DNA of 61,454 bases, the filler included, from Basidiobolus ranarum (taxonomy: Eukaryota): the NCBI GenBank assembly GCA_040143965.1. It is 22 parts of 22 records of this genome, joined end to end, with 100 filler letters (N's around TTAATTAATTAA, not from the genome) between each part and the next. Parts side by side here need not be neighbours in the genome. Positions count along the whole stretch, not along the records: positions 47,611 to 50,301 come from JASJQH010003066.1; positions 50,402 to 53,091 come from JASJQH010003067.1; positions 53,192 to 55,880 come from JASJQH010003068.1; positions 55,981 to 58,667 come from JASJQH010003069.1; positions 58,768 to 61,454 come from JASJQH010003070.1; 17 more parts are not named here. One strand, 5' to 3'. The position numbers were made by a program, and so were the translations under genes. The notes under the pieces are model-generated. The model worked only from the letters and a program-made list of their open reading frames with translations, had not been told where the DNA came from and did no database searches. This document shows positions 47,701-61,454 of this stretch, piece after piece (within the stretch, counting starts at the first letter, position 1; each line of letters opens with the position of its first letter).

Positions 47701-50532
47701 TTGGTTTAGAAGCGACTCTTCCCACACCTCATACCCTCTCAATTCATCCACATTCCGCATCTCATCATTTAAAGAGTTATTTGGTTCCAGCCAGGGCACA
47801 TGGTAGTCGGATAGTGTGCAACTTTCTATACTTGTCAGTAGTGCAATGGTTTGCTAGTGTCTATACATTACCATAGATATTGTGGCTGATCTGACAGCAG
47901 GTAATGTGTAAGACTACATGTACTGAAAGGATCGGTGCCTTCTCACATGCACGATACATAGACTTTAGACTGGGAGGTCCAATTGCATCTTGAATTGGGA
48001 TAAATTTTCCAAGAGAAAGTTACAATATGTAACAGTGGGAACACATCATCAGATTCAATCGGAGGTGGCCGATACATTTTTTTAATCAACTCAAGTGGGA
48101 AAGACCAGCTTAACTAGGCTGAACCTAAAGTACAGTTTCTCAACAACAAAAGCTTGTCGGGTATCTTTATTGCACCCAAGTTCCAATCCATATAAATGTA
48201 AATAAAATATGAAGACACCCTAAACGCCTAAGGTTTACTGTGACAGGAAAGCTGGCGTCATTGGGAATTATAACTCTATTCGCCAGAATAAAGGAATGTG
48301 GCACACCTAGTTCACACTGATAAGATAGTCGATTCTAGTTCCATTAATTGCACAGGTGTGTCTACAAAAGTTGATGACTTTCGACATGATAGGCTTATAA
48401 GTTAGCCTACTCCTAATATCGCAAAATGAGCCAGTAATCTCGATATGGTACTTCCCTTCATTAATAGTTTGCGAATCTCACTGGTCTAGTAGGATCGTTA
48501 GTTAGACCTTGTGGTCACCTAGAATTAACAGACTGTGTTAACATTCAAGACAGAGCGAACGAGGAAGTCGTGGAACACACATGCTGTAGTATGCGTCAAT
48601 AGCTCTATGGTTAATCCTAAGTACCACTCCAATGGCTGATCATTTATTCCATTTTGTATGCAAAAATCGAAAATTTTCATTTTCAAATATCAAATCACAG
48701 GTGACAGTAAATTGGCCTCCCTCCGTGACTCCAGAATATTGTCCGGTTTGTCAGCACGTTGTAGTACTTAATATTGATTCACCCGGAATTACTATATTTA
48801 GTAGCATTATTGATTCTATTGACTTTCTATTTCAGAGCCAAATGGAGAATTTGCGTGAATATCACTTGAGATAATCGCTGATAGAGCGTGTATAATCTCT
48901 GGATACCCATTATTTATGAGTCAGGATCATCCATCCATACGCCCAATTTCTATAGTCGATGGCAGAAACGAAATTTATGGAAGGCTGACCAGTGGGGCAC
49001 AATCGCTGTGCCAACCACTTTGAGTTAAACTATAATCTAAGGTAGCGATAAGCACCTTTTCCAAAGATGTTTTTGATCAAACAACCTAAATCTATAGTTC
49101 AATCCTATTCACTGGTACTTGGGTAATTCCATTCTGAGGCCAGAGAGATGCTACGTTTTCTATATCAGCGCGAAGAGCTATTCATACCTAAAGTTTACTG
49201 CTGGGCACTAAAAAACTCCAATTATTCATGGTATATCTGTGGACTATTTTGTGAATTCATTTCAAATATTTACCGCAGCGTGCAAGCGTCAAGCTAGTGG
49301 TTAACTTTATTAAAGTGTTACTCAGGAAGATATTACTATTGTTGTTATTATAAAGTACTCACCTAAGATTCGATATTGCAACATTTTTATTTCCTCAAGT
49401 ACTTAAGAAGTATGCGAAACTTTGTACAGCATTTTATGCTTAAGCATTCCCTGAATCTGTTCTTACGCTCACAGGGATTTAGTTTTACCTAATAGAGTCT
49501 ATACAGTTTTTGTATACTAAGACAAATATAATATTCCTTGTTGTAGATAGATCATTTGAAGCATGCCACTGACTGCATCATCTAAGCCAGGATTCTTGAG
49601 AGCGTGAGAGGTGAATTAACAAGGTATAGGACAGTTGATGGAATTATGAAAGTTGATAATTAAATTTCAATTAAAACAAGTATTATGCACATTGGAGGTA
49701 ACCCTAGTCCTATGTCCAAGTTAGAATCCATGAACCTGACTTTAATGATTTATGAAATATATATTCACAATATGGAACATTATAAATGATAATTTGAACT
49801 TTAACGTACTATCAAGGCACTATTCAATCTTAGTACAATATATTGTATTATTGAGGGAATCCAAGGCGTTTGAGAGGAGCTTTAAGAACTGGAGTCATTA
49901 TTAGTCTGAGAGATGATTGCTATTAGACCAGAATGCTAATATTTATAGTTTGGGTAGAATAAAAAAAAATTGGTGAGGCTAAGCCTACAATATCTGTAAG
50001 AGTAAGATGGGGAAACCTAGAGTAATTTGAAATACATTGGAATTTCAAGTTTACCATTGTGGATTGTTGAACAACTAACATACATCCTCAGTATATATTC
50101 CCATTTTGTACTATGTAATATTTGACTAAATAACGCTTGATAACTTCGATACGATATGCATTTTTCGGAGAGAATCTCGCTGATAAGAAAGGCCTTGCTC
50201 ATTATAGAAGCAATAGTATTAATAGTCAGACAGTTAAAGTAATATCAGAGGCTCAATCAGGTTACAAGTTGAGTCCCATCGAGTTCTAATTGATGATTAG
50301 CNNNNNNNNNNNNNNNNNNNNNNNNNNNNNNNNNNNNNNNNNNNNTTAATTAATTAANNNNNNNNNNNNNNNNNNNNNNNNNNNNNNNNNNNNNNNNNNN
50401 NAGTGTTAGTTTTCTGTATTTCCACCAAAAAGTATAAATGCTTTATTTCTGGACAATAAACAATTATCTCACAAAGCTATTGACAACTCCACTTTTCTAA
50501 AGTTCCTCCAAATAGCCCATATTTTCCCAATA

Positions 50533-50925
50533 ATCAGATTATCATACAAACAGAATTGTCTGAATTATAGAGGTACTTACTCTGTATCCATGGATTGGGT
50601 TTTGTTGCTTGTATTATGCACAAACAATTCAAAGTCTATGAGTACACTGAAAAAGCTCTATTTTGGTAGGTTATATAATATAAAATCTCCTTAACCCATT
50701 GCATTGCATCCATCACTGATTTTGCTGATACATTGTTCATCAGATTAGCATACAGTAATACTGACAATTTCACAAGGAGCATCATTTCACCACAGGTATG
50801 CTCTATTGGGACCTTCTGGAATGTATAGCCAGGACCTATAATCTCTAAGCATTGTAAAAGATACAACAGGGAATGTATTGAATACCTTCATAGATTTAGT
50901 TTATCTTCTTTATATTAAATAATTT
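50533..50925 (-). mobile_element. CACTA-like transposase C-terminal fragment between a family B LTR (50402-50532) and a family A LTR
   Basis: IIGPGYTFQKVPIEHTCGEM..VKLSVLLYANLMNNV matches 53310-53640 and 61140-61283. Confidence 0.72.
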
Positions 50926-50929
50926 GGCA

Positions 50930-52750
50930 GCTTGTCAGCAGTGGCTTGGAGAATTGAAGAAATTGGGGGTTTTTACTAATTGATGTATTGAGTAGAAAAT
51001 TGACTTTTATATTTTGTCAAGATGTAACCCAACTAACATGAAGAATGAGTTAAAGAAGTTCCCAGGAATATGTGTGCAAAGTTTGTGATCTCTAGCACCA
51101 GTTTTAAAATATATATATCTGAGAACTTCTAAATTGATATAAGTATTCTAAGTATGATCCAATTAAGAATTCTGGGTAATTTCTTAGTGAAACATACAAT
51201 AACTAGATACTAAGCTATATATTACTATAAAGGTGCTTAAAAAATGCTAATTTCAACACTCCCTCAACTAAATAGTCATATAAACCAATCCTAAGGAAAT
51301 TCTAAATTTCTCAAATTTCTGTCTAGCTAATGGTTTGGTTAATGAATCAGTAATATTATCTTTTGTATAGCAGTAAACTAAGTCAATAAACTTACTCTGT
51401 ACAGTCTCTAATAAAAGGATGTCTAATATATATATGTTTGCTTCTAGCATGAAACATGGGACTTCTAGCTAATTTGATTCAACTATGATTATCTTGGAAT
51501 ATTGACGTTGGTGAATTTTGAGATTACCCCAAATCTGTTATGGGTTTTTGTAACCATATTGCTTCTTTTGTTGCTTCACAAGCAGCCATGTACTCTACTT
51601 CTGTTGTTGAAAGTGCCCAGGTTAGTTACTTCTTGAAATTCTAAGAAATAGCTCCATTACAGCAAAGAAATAAGTATCCTATTGTAGTTCTTATGTTATC
51701 AATATCTCTTCCTTGATTTTCATCTGAATTTCCTATCATATCAAAGTTTAATGCAGAATATGTGCATTTTAAGCACAGATCCATAATACCTTTTGAATAT
51801 CTGAAAATCTGATTAACTGCTATGATTTGACCAGATCCATAATTTTGAAGATATTGGCAAATAACTCCCACAGAATATGCAATATATGGCCATGTTCTAG
51901 CCATGACATACATTAAATTACCAACTATAGATTGACAAAGAAATTTCTAGCTTTCATTAAAATACATATAACTCCCACAGAATATGCAATATATGGCCAT
52001 GTTCCAACCTTGATGTACATTAAACTACCAACCATAGATTGACAAAGAAATTTCCGGCTCTCATTTAAATCCAAAAGTGTCTGATTTAAGCCATTTTTGG
52101 TCAAGTTAAGATTTGTCTCCATTGGGGTAGAAACCAGAATACATTCTTCCTTTTGAGCTTCTTTAGTATATCTGGGATATATTTAGACTGGCTTAAAGTT
52201 GTTTTTGGGCAGCTCTATCTATCTTGATTTGGATTCCAAGATAGTACATCAGTTCACCAAGATTAATAATTTTGAATTTGGCAGACAAGCTGGATGTGGT
52301 TCTCACCAAAGTTTTCAAGTCATTGGTTGCTATAATAACTTCATCTAAATACAAGGCTAACAACACTGGGTTTATTTTATCAGGCCAGAGGTAAAGACTA
52401 TAGTCAGCATTACTCTCTGGGAATTTGTGTGTTCACAAAAAGCATCTATCTTGCTATTCTAAGCTCTTGGAGATTGTTTCAAGCCACAAATTGTTTTCCA
52501 GAGTCAGCAAACTTTTTTAAAGCCTTCCTGTCCCACAAATCCATCTGGCTGCTCTATATAGGTCTCCTCACCAAGTTCTCTGTTCAAAAAAGCAGCTTTA
52601 ACATCCATTTGATGTACAATAAACTTATATTTAACTGAAATTGTTAAAATGAATCTAATTGAATTTAACTTTGCTAAAGAAATAATGTCTCAGTATAATC
52701 AATTCCTGGTGCTTACAAATAGCCTTTAGCTACTAGTCTAGCCTTGTCCC
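50930..52750 (-). mobile_element. Copia family A 3' end: RT, RNase H, PPT, 3' LTR 50930-51258
   Basis: QMDVKAAF, YLDEV, ALSTTEVEYMA and DSLTKPL motifs; PPT GAGGGAG before TGTTG. Interrupted by a family B LTR at 52751. Confidence 0.9.
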
Positions 52751-53091
52751 TATTGGGAAAATATGGGTTGTTTGGAGGAACTTTAGAAAGGTGGAGTTGT
52801 GAATAGCTTTGTGAGATAATTATTTACTGTCCAGAAATAAAGCATTTATACTTTTTGGTGGAGATACAGAAAACTAACACTGGGGTTATGTTCAGAACAT
52901 CTGTGGGAGTAAAATGAGCTATCTTTGGGGCAATTTGGATGAGTTTGAAATTTCCAATATGGAATTGCTAATTCTCACACTATTCACATATATATATAAT
53001 ATATGTTCCAATTTTCAGCTAAGTGATATTTGACTAAGTAATGTTAACTAACTTATATGTGATATATGAAATAGTTAGGTGTATAAAGATA
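52751..53091 (-). repeat. Family B LTR, partial
   Basis: Reverse complement of 4371-4710. Confidence 0.88.
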
Positions 53092-53191
53092 NNNNNNNNN
53101 NNNNNNNNNNNNNNNNNNNNNNNNNNNNNNNNNNNTTAATTAATTAANNNNNNNNNNNNNNNNNNNNNNNNNNNNNNNNNNNNNNNNNNNN

Positions 53192-54342
53192 CAGATACAG
53201 CAACTGTATAAAGATTTGGTAATTGGAAATCAGAAACTTTATTTCAGGATAAAAGAAGATAGACCAAATCTATGCTGGTATTCAATACATTCCCTGCTGC
53301 ATCTTTCACAATGCTTGGAGAATTTTGGCCCTTGATATACACTCTGGGAGTTTCTAATGGAGCATACCTATGGTGAAATGATACTCCATGTGAAACAGCC
53401 AGTATTACCATAAGCTAATCTGATTAACAATGTATCAGCAAAATCAGCAATGGATGTAATGCAATGGGTTAAGGTGACTCCAGAGTATACTAACCTTCTA
53501 ACAGAGGGCTCTTTTCAATATGCTCATGGGCTTTCACATTGTTTGAGCACAATAACAGCAACCAAACCCAATCCATGGACACTGACTAAGTACTTCTATA
53601 ATTTTGACCAATTTGTTTGTATGATAATCTGATGGTGTTTCTAGGAAAGCTGAAAAGACAAACTTCTTGGTGAGATAGATCAAGATACACAGTATTTTTG
53701 CTTTAGCCCTGGTGTAATGTATTCAAGCAATGACATATCTACTTATGACAGGACAATTGTTGAATGCAAGTTAAGGATATATTGGCTGAATCCTTTATGG
53801 AAATTTGGCAAAATCTAAGAGCTTGTTCTCATTGAGAATGGTAGCAAAAGTGAGCTATGTGCCAAGTGTCAGTGCTATTCAAAATTTCAGATATTTAGCA
53901 ATTTTTCCACCATTATTTTGCTGATAAAGCATATTGAAGTTGTTGAGTATATCTGATAAGTCAAGTATGTCTATATGTAGAGACTAAACATAACAAGATT
54001 CTTGTATTGTTTGATTCTCATTATGGCTGGAATACAAAGCCTAAAATATCTACACAATGGCATGCATATTAATTTGAATTCCTATGGCAGTAAACCAAGT
54101 AATTTGCCTTTCAGAAATTAGATTTTTACAAAAATTGCTGGCAATTAAATAACACATGCCAAATATGAGGATCAATATTTTAACATGTGTGAAAACCATC
54201 AATAAACCATCAAGAAACCACTGTAACACCATCAAAATCCCTGGTAGAATGCAAGCCACCAATATTGTGACAGCACTCTGATGGTATTGCAATCCAGAAG
54301 GGTTGACCCAATTTGGATCAAATTGATTTTTTTTGGTTAGGG
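53192..54342 (+). mobile_element. CACTA-like transposase 3' remnant and right terminus
   Basis: WEFLMEHTYGEM...ANLINNV region, ending ...TTTTGGTTAGGG. Confidence 0.73.
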
Positions 54343-54939
54343 ATTACGGAGTTTACTGCTCTACAAGTTTAAATTGATACGCATGCCTTTATTTAGAAAT
54401 CTTAGGCTTTGTATTCCAGCCATAATGAAAATCCAAAAATACAAGAATCTTGTTGTGTTTAGTCTCTACATATGCACATACTTGACGGATCAGAAATAAT
54501 TCAACAATATCAATATGCTTTATCAGCAACCTATTAGTTGAAAAACTGCTACACATCCAAAATTTTGATTAGAACTGACACTTGGCAAACAGCTGACTCT
54601 TGTTACAATTTACAGTCAGAATAAGCTTTTGGATTTTGGCAAATTTCCATAAAGTATTTAGCCAAAATATCCTTGACTTGCAGTCAACAAATGTCCTCCC
54701 ACAAGTAGCTGAGTAAGTATATTGTAATGTAGTTGAATAATAAGTGCATAGTACCTAATGGGAAGCTCTAGCTCCAGCTGATCCCCTTTAGCAATATAAT
54801 CTTAGTCTTGTGGCTAATACCAAGTTTGATGTTAGACTGACTCTTTGGTGAATTGATATAGTGATCATGTTGAAATCAGACTGGGCTCTTGAAGGTAAAA
54901 TTATGGAGCTTAGTTTTGTATTTGGATAGTAGTAATGTG

Positions 54940-55880
54940 TATGCCTGATAGAGCAGACTCCATTGATTCAGCAAAATCTGCTGCAAGATAGTACGTTGTG
55001 CCTGCAAAAACCTCCAAGTTTACTGATGGCAGGAGTGCTGCCAATACATTTAATGATATTAGCTTTAATAAAGTAATTACCCCTCTGAACAACATTAGAT
55101 AACCATTCTAACTCCATAATCAAAGCCTCCAAGAAGCTATCTATAAGCACTGGTGATTTAGGTCCAGATATGATTGATAGTATCAAAATATTATGACTCT
55201 AACACCATTCAGAAGGAGGAAGATTTAAGTTAATAAAAATTGTTTGCCAGCAAGCCTTTCCAATGGTATAGTTGTTTAGTATGAAACCATCCAGAGCCAA
55301 TGCAAATGCATGATTGTTCATGTTCGCAAAGAAACCTAGACTTTTCAAATTTTGATAGTTCCATCCATGAAGTATATTGGTAATACCATCAACTTTTCAG
55401 TGGGTACTTTGGTATTGGACAAATGACCTATATTTGGGTGATTTCATCAAAACTTTAAGACAGGGAATCAATGGTATGTAAGCCAAATATGAACAAAGTT
55501 TACCTGATTCAGTGATTGCCAATTGTGTACAAACAGTACACAACTTCAGGTTTTTCATATCACTGGCACAGCCACACCACCATTTGGACATGAAGGAAGT
55601 TTAATTACTGAAGGATTATAAGTCATACAATTGACAAGTATTTTCCACCTGTACCAGGTCTGTGGCAAGCAATAGTTGCCAATCAAATGTGATAAAAGTG
55701 TAAGCAAACCAACAAGAACATGGTTGCAAAGATTAGCTTGAACTCTCCACTCCATAATAATCAAAGCTACTTCCTTTACTGTAAGTGTCATGAGTGGACT
55801 AATGCTTGCTGATAACAAAGAGTCCATAACAAAACCATTGTCTTCTCCTTCAACTTCTGATATACTACCATTGGTACTGG
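54940..55880 (-). mobile_element. CACTA-like transposase N-terminal and core fragment
   Basis: ALALDGF, CWQTIFINLNLPPSE and ILSIISGPKSPVLIDSFLEALIMEL, a Transposase_21-type pattern. Confidence 0.8.
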
Positions 55881-56348
55881 NNNNNNNNNNNNNNNNNNNN
55901 NNNNNNNNNNNNNNNNNNNNNNNNTTAATTAATTAANNNNNNNNNNNNNNNNNNNNNNNNNNNNNNNNNNNNNNNNNNNNTATTATTGAACCTTTTACAG
56001 TGCTACTGTAATCTGTTGTACCGCACTCTGACTCTCATAAGCTGAGGAATTTAGTTTCTCCTGATATGTTGCAAGTTGACCAAGATTTTTTTTGTAATTT
56101 ATTCCATTGTAAAAAGCACATATTGATTCAAATAAGCATAGCCTAAACATCTATAGAGTCATATAGCTTAGTATTGTTTAAGTATTTGGGAGCCTGTTGG
56201 AAGTGGTTTGGAGAAATAGAGAAACTGGTAGTTTTCACTTGTTGATTTATTGAGTTGAAATTGGACATTACTAGTTTTGTCATAATATAAACACATTAAC
56301 ATGTAAAATGTGCTTAGTATTTAGTTATCCTATATTGAACCATGATAT

Positions 56349-58667
56349 TGTTGAAATTAACATTGCCTAAGCACCTATATAGTCATATATAGCTTAGTAC
56401 TTAGTTATCTTATAATTCACTAAGATATTATCCATTATTCTCAATGGGAATTTACTTTCAATATTTTTACCAACTTAGAAGTTCTCAGATATATAGATTT
56501 TTCAAACTTGGGCTAGAAGCCCCAAAGTTTGCACACATGTTCCTGGGACCTTTTTTAACACATTCTACTTGCTAGTTTACTTATGTCATGACAAAACTGT
56601 AAATGTCAACTTTCTACTCAATAAAGCAACAAGTGAAAACACCAATTCCTCTAATTCTCCAAGCCACTTCCAACAGGCTCCCAAATACTTTAACAGGTTA
56701 TGAGCCCCAAACTTGCACTCTCTGTATTGTCTACTTCTCAGATTTATGGAACTTTCCCCTCTTCTGTAAAATTGGATGGAACCAATTATCAATTTTGGAA
56801 TATTAAAATGAAAATGCTGCTGCAAGAAACAGGACTTTGAGACACTGTTGTAGGAGAAGATAGCAATGCAAAACTCTCTGAAACCAAAGTTTTACTCCAA
56901 ACCTTTCTATAAGGGTCAAGAGTGCCTTAAGAAGAAAAGCAACACATTCTGTAGTTACTGTAAGAGATCTGGCCATTTAAGCAAAGATTGCTTTGAAAGA
57001 ATTGCAAAAGAAGAAAAATGTAATGAATCTGGAAATGTGGTTATAGCAGAAGATCACTTGTTCATATCTGCTCTATCTATGACTATCAACAAGGATTCTC
57101 ACATGTGGTATATTGATTCTGGAGCATCCCAACATTTCACAAATGAAAAACATTGGTTTGTGGATTATGAAGAAAGCCCAATTAGAAAGGCTTTCATGGG
57201 AGATGACCGCACATTGGAAGCCATTGAAATGGGAACAATTCAAGTCAACTTAACTGGAGCTTCTGAAGAGATAGTGTATACTTTTGAGGATGTGCCACAT
57301 GTTCCAGATATTTCCAAGAATTTAATATCTGTATGCAAGGCTACCTCAGAAGAGCTAAAATTCAATTTTGATAAGTCAGGATGCACTAGCACTGATCAAA
57401 ATGGGAATTATTTAGCTTTAGGAGAAAAGGGTCAGAACTTATGCAAACTCACATATAATCCAAGAGGTTTATGTGTAAAAAAAAGTTATTCCAATCAAAA
57501 AACTATTCAATTATGTCATAAGAGATTTGGCCATATTGGATTTGATTATTTGAGCATAATGATCAAAAATAGCCTAATTTCTGGAATTCAAATTAACTCC
57601 CCAACCAAAATGGAAATATGTGAAGGTTGTATATATGGAAAACAAGCCAGGCAACCATTTATGAGCTCTGGTTTAATCAAATCTGTCAAAAAGTTGGATT
57701 GAATTTATTCAGATTTGTGTGGAACTATGCAAAATTTATCTTTAGGCCAAAAAAGATATTTAATCACATCTATTGATGATTATACAAGACACACTTGAGT
57801 CTACTTTATGGAAAGAAAAGAAGAAGCTCTCTTTATCTTTAGAGCTTTAAAACACTTGTGAAGACTGAAACTGGAACTAAAATCTAGAAATTACATACTG
57901 ATATTGGTGGAGAATATACTTCAATGCTATTTAAGCACTTTTGCAAAGTTCATGGAATTAAGCAAGAAACTACTGGCCCCTATTCACCTCAGTAAAATGG
58001 AGTTACTGAAAGAGCTAACAGGACTATAATATAAATGGTAAGATCTATGATAAATGCACAAAATTTATCTCATAACTTTTGGGTGGAATCTGTTGCTACA
58101 GCTGTATATCTGAAGAATAGGAGCTTTAATAGAGGTCTGCCTAACTCTACACCATATCAAGCTTGGTTTGGAGTTAATCCTGATATAAAACATTTGAGAA
58201 TCTTTGATACATTGCTCATGTCAAAATTATGACCAAAAATTGGTCTAAATTTGATCCAAAAGGTAAGAAATGCATATTTCTGAGTTATTGTACTCAAACT
58301 AAGATCTACAGACTCTATGATACCCAAGTTTCCAAGCTAATCAAGTCCAGAGATGTTTTGTTTAATGAAGATGAAAAATCTTTACCCAAAATGACCTCAG
58401 ATGATGACAAAATCAATTTTCTCCTGATCCAATCATTCAAATTGATTCAAACTAAAACAATGAAGAAAATAGCATTCCTGTGGACCCTTTGACCAAATTT
58501 TTGCCTACTAAAGTGCCCAATACAGTGCCAGAAGTTGTAGTACCTTTACCCAATCCAGGAGATCAAATCTAATTAGAAAAAGCCTTGATGAATATATTAA
58601 TGAGTTCCAAAATTGGGTCTATGCCTGCACAGCTCAAATACATGAACTCCAGACTGGATAAGTATTG
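56349..58667 (+). mobile_element. Copia family A element with an internal gag deletion: LTR 56349-56695, PBS, gag-PR-IN
   Basis: GGTTATGAGCCC at 56696. Gag jumps near 56900 to the CSYCKRSGHLSKDC knuckle, followed by WYIDSGASQH and the integrase core. Confidence 0.93.
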
Positions 58668-58767
58668 NNNNNNNNNNNNNNNNNNNNNNNNNNNNNNNNN
58701 NNNNNNNNNNNTTAATTAATTAANNNNNNNNNNNNNNNNNNNNNNNNNNNNNNNNNNNNNNNNNNNN

Positions 58768-60679
58768 TTGGAATAACTTATATTTACACATAAACCTCTT
58801 GGATTATATGTAAGTTTGTATAAGTTCTGATCCTTTTCTCCCAAAGCTAAATAATTCCCATTTTGATCAGTGATGGTGCATCCTGACTTATCAAAATTGA
58901 ATTTTAGCCCTTCTGAGGTGGCCTTGCATACAGATATTAAATTCTTGGCAATATCTGGAACATGTAGTACATCCTTAAAAGTATATACTTTCTCTTCAGA
59001 AGCTCCAGTTAAATTGACTTGAATTGTTCCCATTCCAATAGCATCCAATGTGTGGTCATCTCCCATGAAAACCTTTCTAATTGGGATTTCTTCATATTCC
59101 ACAAACCAATGTTTTTCATTTGTGAAATGTTGGGAAGCTCCAGAATCAATATACCATGTCTGAGAATCCTTGTTGGTAGCCAGAGATAGAGCGGATATGA
59201 ACAAGTGATCTTCTGTTGTAACCACATTTCCAGATTCAGTAAGTTTTTCTTCTTTTGCAATTCTTTTAAAGCAATTTTTGCTCAAATGGCCAGTTCATTT
59301 ACAGTAATCACAGAATGTGTTACTTTTCTGCTTAAAGTGCTTTTGAACTTTATAGGAAGGTTTTGCATAGCCTATTATAGCATTTTCCTCATTCTTTTGA
59401 TTGAGTCCTGATTTGCACAAATCTTCATCCAGAAGTCTGCCAAATACATAACTTAAGATCAAATTTTCAGTTCTTGATTCTAGAGCTATTATTAGGCTCT
59501 GAAACTTGTGTGGCATGCTATTCAGGACTGTAACTAGAATATCTTGATCAGTAGTAGGTACTCCAATGCATTCCATTTCATCCACTAAAATAGTGACTCT
59601 ATTAATTACTGATTTAACGTCTTCTCCTGGCTTCATCTTTAAGTTAAAGAATTGTCTTCTTAGAAACATCTTGTTGGAAGCAGAACTTGTTTGGTAGTGT
59701 TGAATAATTAATCTTTATTCAACATCATAGTTAAGTTCAGTTATGATACATATATCGGAAACAGAAAGCAATGCATCTATAGCCCCTATATAGGAATATC
59801 TCTATGTCTACATAACAAGTATGTCTATTACCCCCACTCTTCTGTTATATCTTATTACACAAACTCCTGAATATCTCAAACAATTGATTTACTTTTCTAC
59901 TATAAAAGTCACCTTATACTCTTAAGAATAAAGTAACTAAAACACACTATCATAAGTTGCTTTTAATACTCCAAGTCTACCACATTATGTCAAGATCCTC
60001 CAACAGGTTGGTGTCTTCCCAGGTTTTCCATACCTTCTTGGCAGTTTTAGCTCTTGTGTGTGGAATTAGCAATATGTCTTTAACAATAAGACAAATTGTT
60101 TTAAAGGCACTTTGTTCTTTTTTAACCTGGAGTAAAACTTTGGTTTCAGATAGTTTTGCATTGTTTTCTTCTCCTACAACAGTGTCCCAAAGTCCTTTTT
60201 CTTGCAGCAGCATTTTCATTTTAATTTTCCAAACTTGATAATTGGTTCCATCCAATTTTTCAGAAGAAGGAAAAGTTCCATGAATTTGAGAAGTAGACAT
60301 TTCAGAGAGTGCAAGCTTGGGGCTTATAACCTGTTAAAGTGTTTGGGAGCCTGTTGGAAGTGGTTTGCAGAATTAGAGGAATTGGTGGTTTTCACTTATT
60401 GATTTATTGAGTAGAAAGTTGACATTTATAGTTTTGTCAAGATGTAAACAAACTAACATGTAGAATATGTTAAGGAAGGTCCCAGGAACATGTGTGCAAA
60501 GTTTGGGGCTTCTAGCACAAGTTTGAAAAATCTATATATCTGAGAACTTCTAAGTTGGTAAAAATATTCCAAGTAAATTCTGATTGAGAATAATTGATAA
60601 TATCTTGGTGAATTATAAGATAACTAAGTACTAAGCTATATATGACTATATAGGTGTTTAGGCAATGCTGATTTCAATA
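58768..60679 (-). mobile_element. Copia family A 5' half (LTR 60332-60679) with a family C solo LTR (59698-60005) inside gag
   Basis: The gag and PR ORFs continue either side of the insert. The TSD is GGTAG/GGTTG; the uninterrupted site is visible at about 12590. Confidence 0.92.
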
Positions 60680-61283
60680 TGATGCACTTGCTATTCAAGA
60701 ACATTCCATTACGACTTATTCAGCTGTATAGTGAAAAGTTCAATCTGAATGAGCTATATAATATAAGATAACAGTTTGATTTGATTGGAAAATTCTTGAA
60801 ACAATCAAGATTCCATCTTATTGCACCAGAACTCCCATCAATATCCACTCATCCAGGAATATATTTTGATGCAAAAATTGGAAGTATTATATATATATAT
60901 ATTCAAGTGGAATCTTGAAAAGATTTCTGCCTGCTAAGTAGTGGCCATGTTGGTAGTTGTTTGTCAACATTGCCCATATATTCTTATGGCACCAACTTGC
61001 ATTGCCAGATCTCAGGCCAATATAGTAACTGTGCAAAGATTTTGTATTTACATATGAGAAACTATATTACTAGTTAGGTAAATAAACCAACTCTCTGCTG
61101 ATATTCAATACATTCCCTGCTTCATCTTTCACAATGCTTGGAGATTGTAGGCCCTTGCTACATACCCTGGGAGTTCCCAATGAAGTGTGCTTGCAGTGAA
61201 ATGATGCTCCATGTGAAATTGTCAGTATTACCAAGTGCTAATCTGATTAACAATGTACCAGCAAAATCATTGATGGATGTAAT
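60680..61283 (+). mobile_element. CACTA-like transposase C-terminal fragment
   Basis: GPCYIPWEFPMKCACSEM...SANLINNV, a decayed W.F..ER motif. It is cut by a family A LTR at 61284-61454. Confidence 0.75.
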
Positions 61284-61454
61284 TGTTAAAGTATTTGGGA
61301 GCCTGTTGGAAGTGGTTTGGAGAATTAGAGGAATTGGTGGTTATCACTTATTGATTTATTGAGTAGAAAGTTGACATTTATAGTTTTGTCAAGATGTAAA
61401 CAAACTAACATGTAGAATATGTTAAGGAAGGTCCCAGGAACATGTGTGCAAAGT

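Noticed and set aside
47611-50301. Contig 18 searched for genes, RNA genes and repeats
   Set aside because: Only short ORFs without recognisable motifs were found; nothing can be supported.

Overview
This window is not one continuous locus. It is 22 unrelated contigs of about 2.7 kb, sorted by decreasing length and joined by artificial 100-bp N...TTAATTAATTAA...N linkers, so adjacency across a linker means nothing. The DNA is eukaryotic and most likely from an early-diverging (non-Dikarya) fungus; this is inferred from short GT-AG introns, fungal-type RPA135/MET6/SUS1, and retention of Rab2 and CRIPT. Well over half of it is decayed, nested transposons. These include at least four Ty1/copia families, most with a Ty5-type half-tRNAiMet primer site (GGTTATGAGCCC), one Ty3/gypsy pol, a CACTA/EnSpm-type element with CCCTAACA termini, and a PIF/Harbinger-type transposase. 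The transposons show a strong CpG-to-TpG/CpA mutation signature that the host genes lack. Host genes or gene fragments are: a hyaluronan-synthase-like GT2 enzyme with a downstream adenylate-forming enzyme start, SUS1, RAB2, CRIPT, a secreted PLC-like phosphodiesterase, an aldo-keto reductase, RPA135, the MET6 C-terminus, and a pseudogenised secreted Gly/Asn-rich repeat protein. The most notable item is the class I hyaluronan-synthase-like gene (motifs SGPLGxY, GDDRHLTN, QQTRW, WGTSAR), whose catalytic half the ORF track missed. All homology calls are motif recognition by eye; no searches were run.
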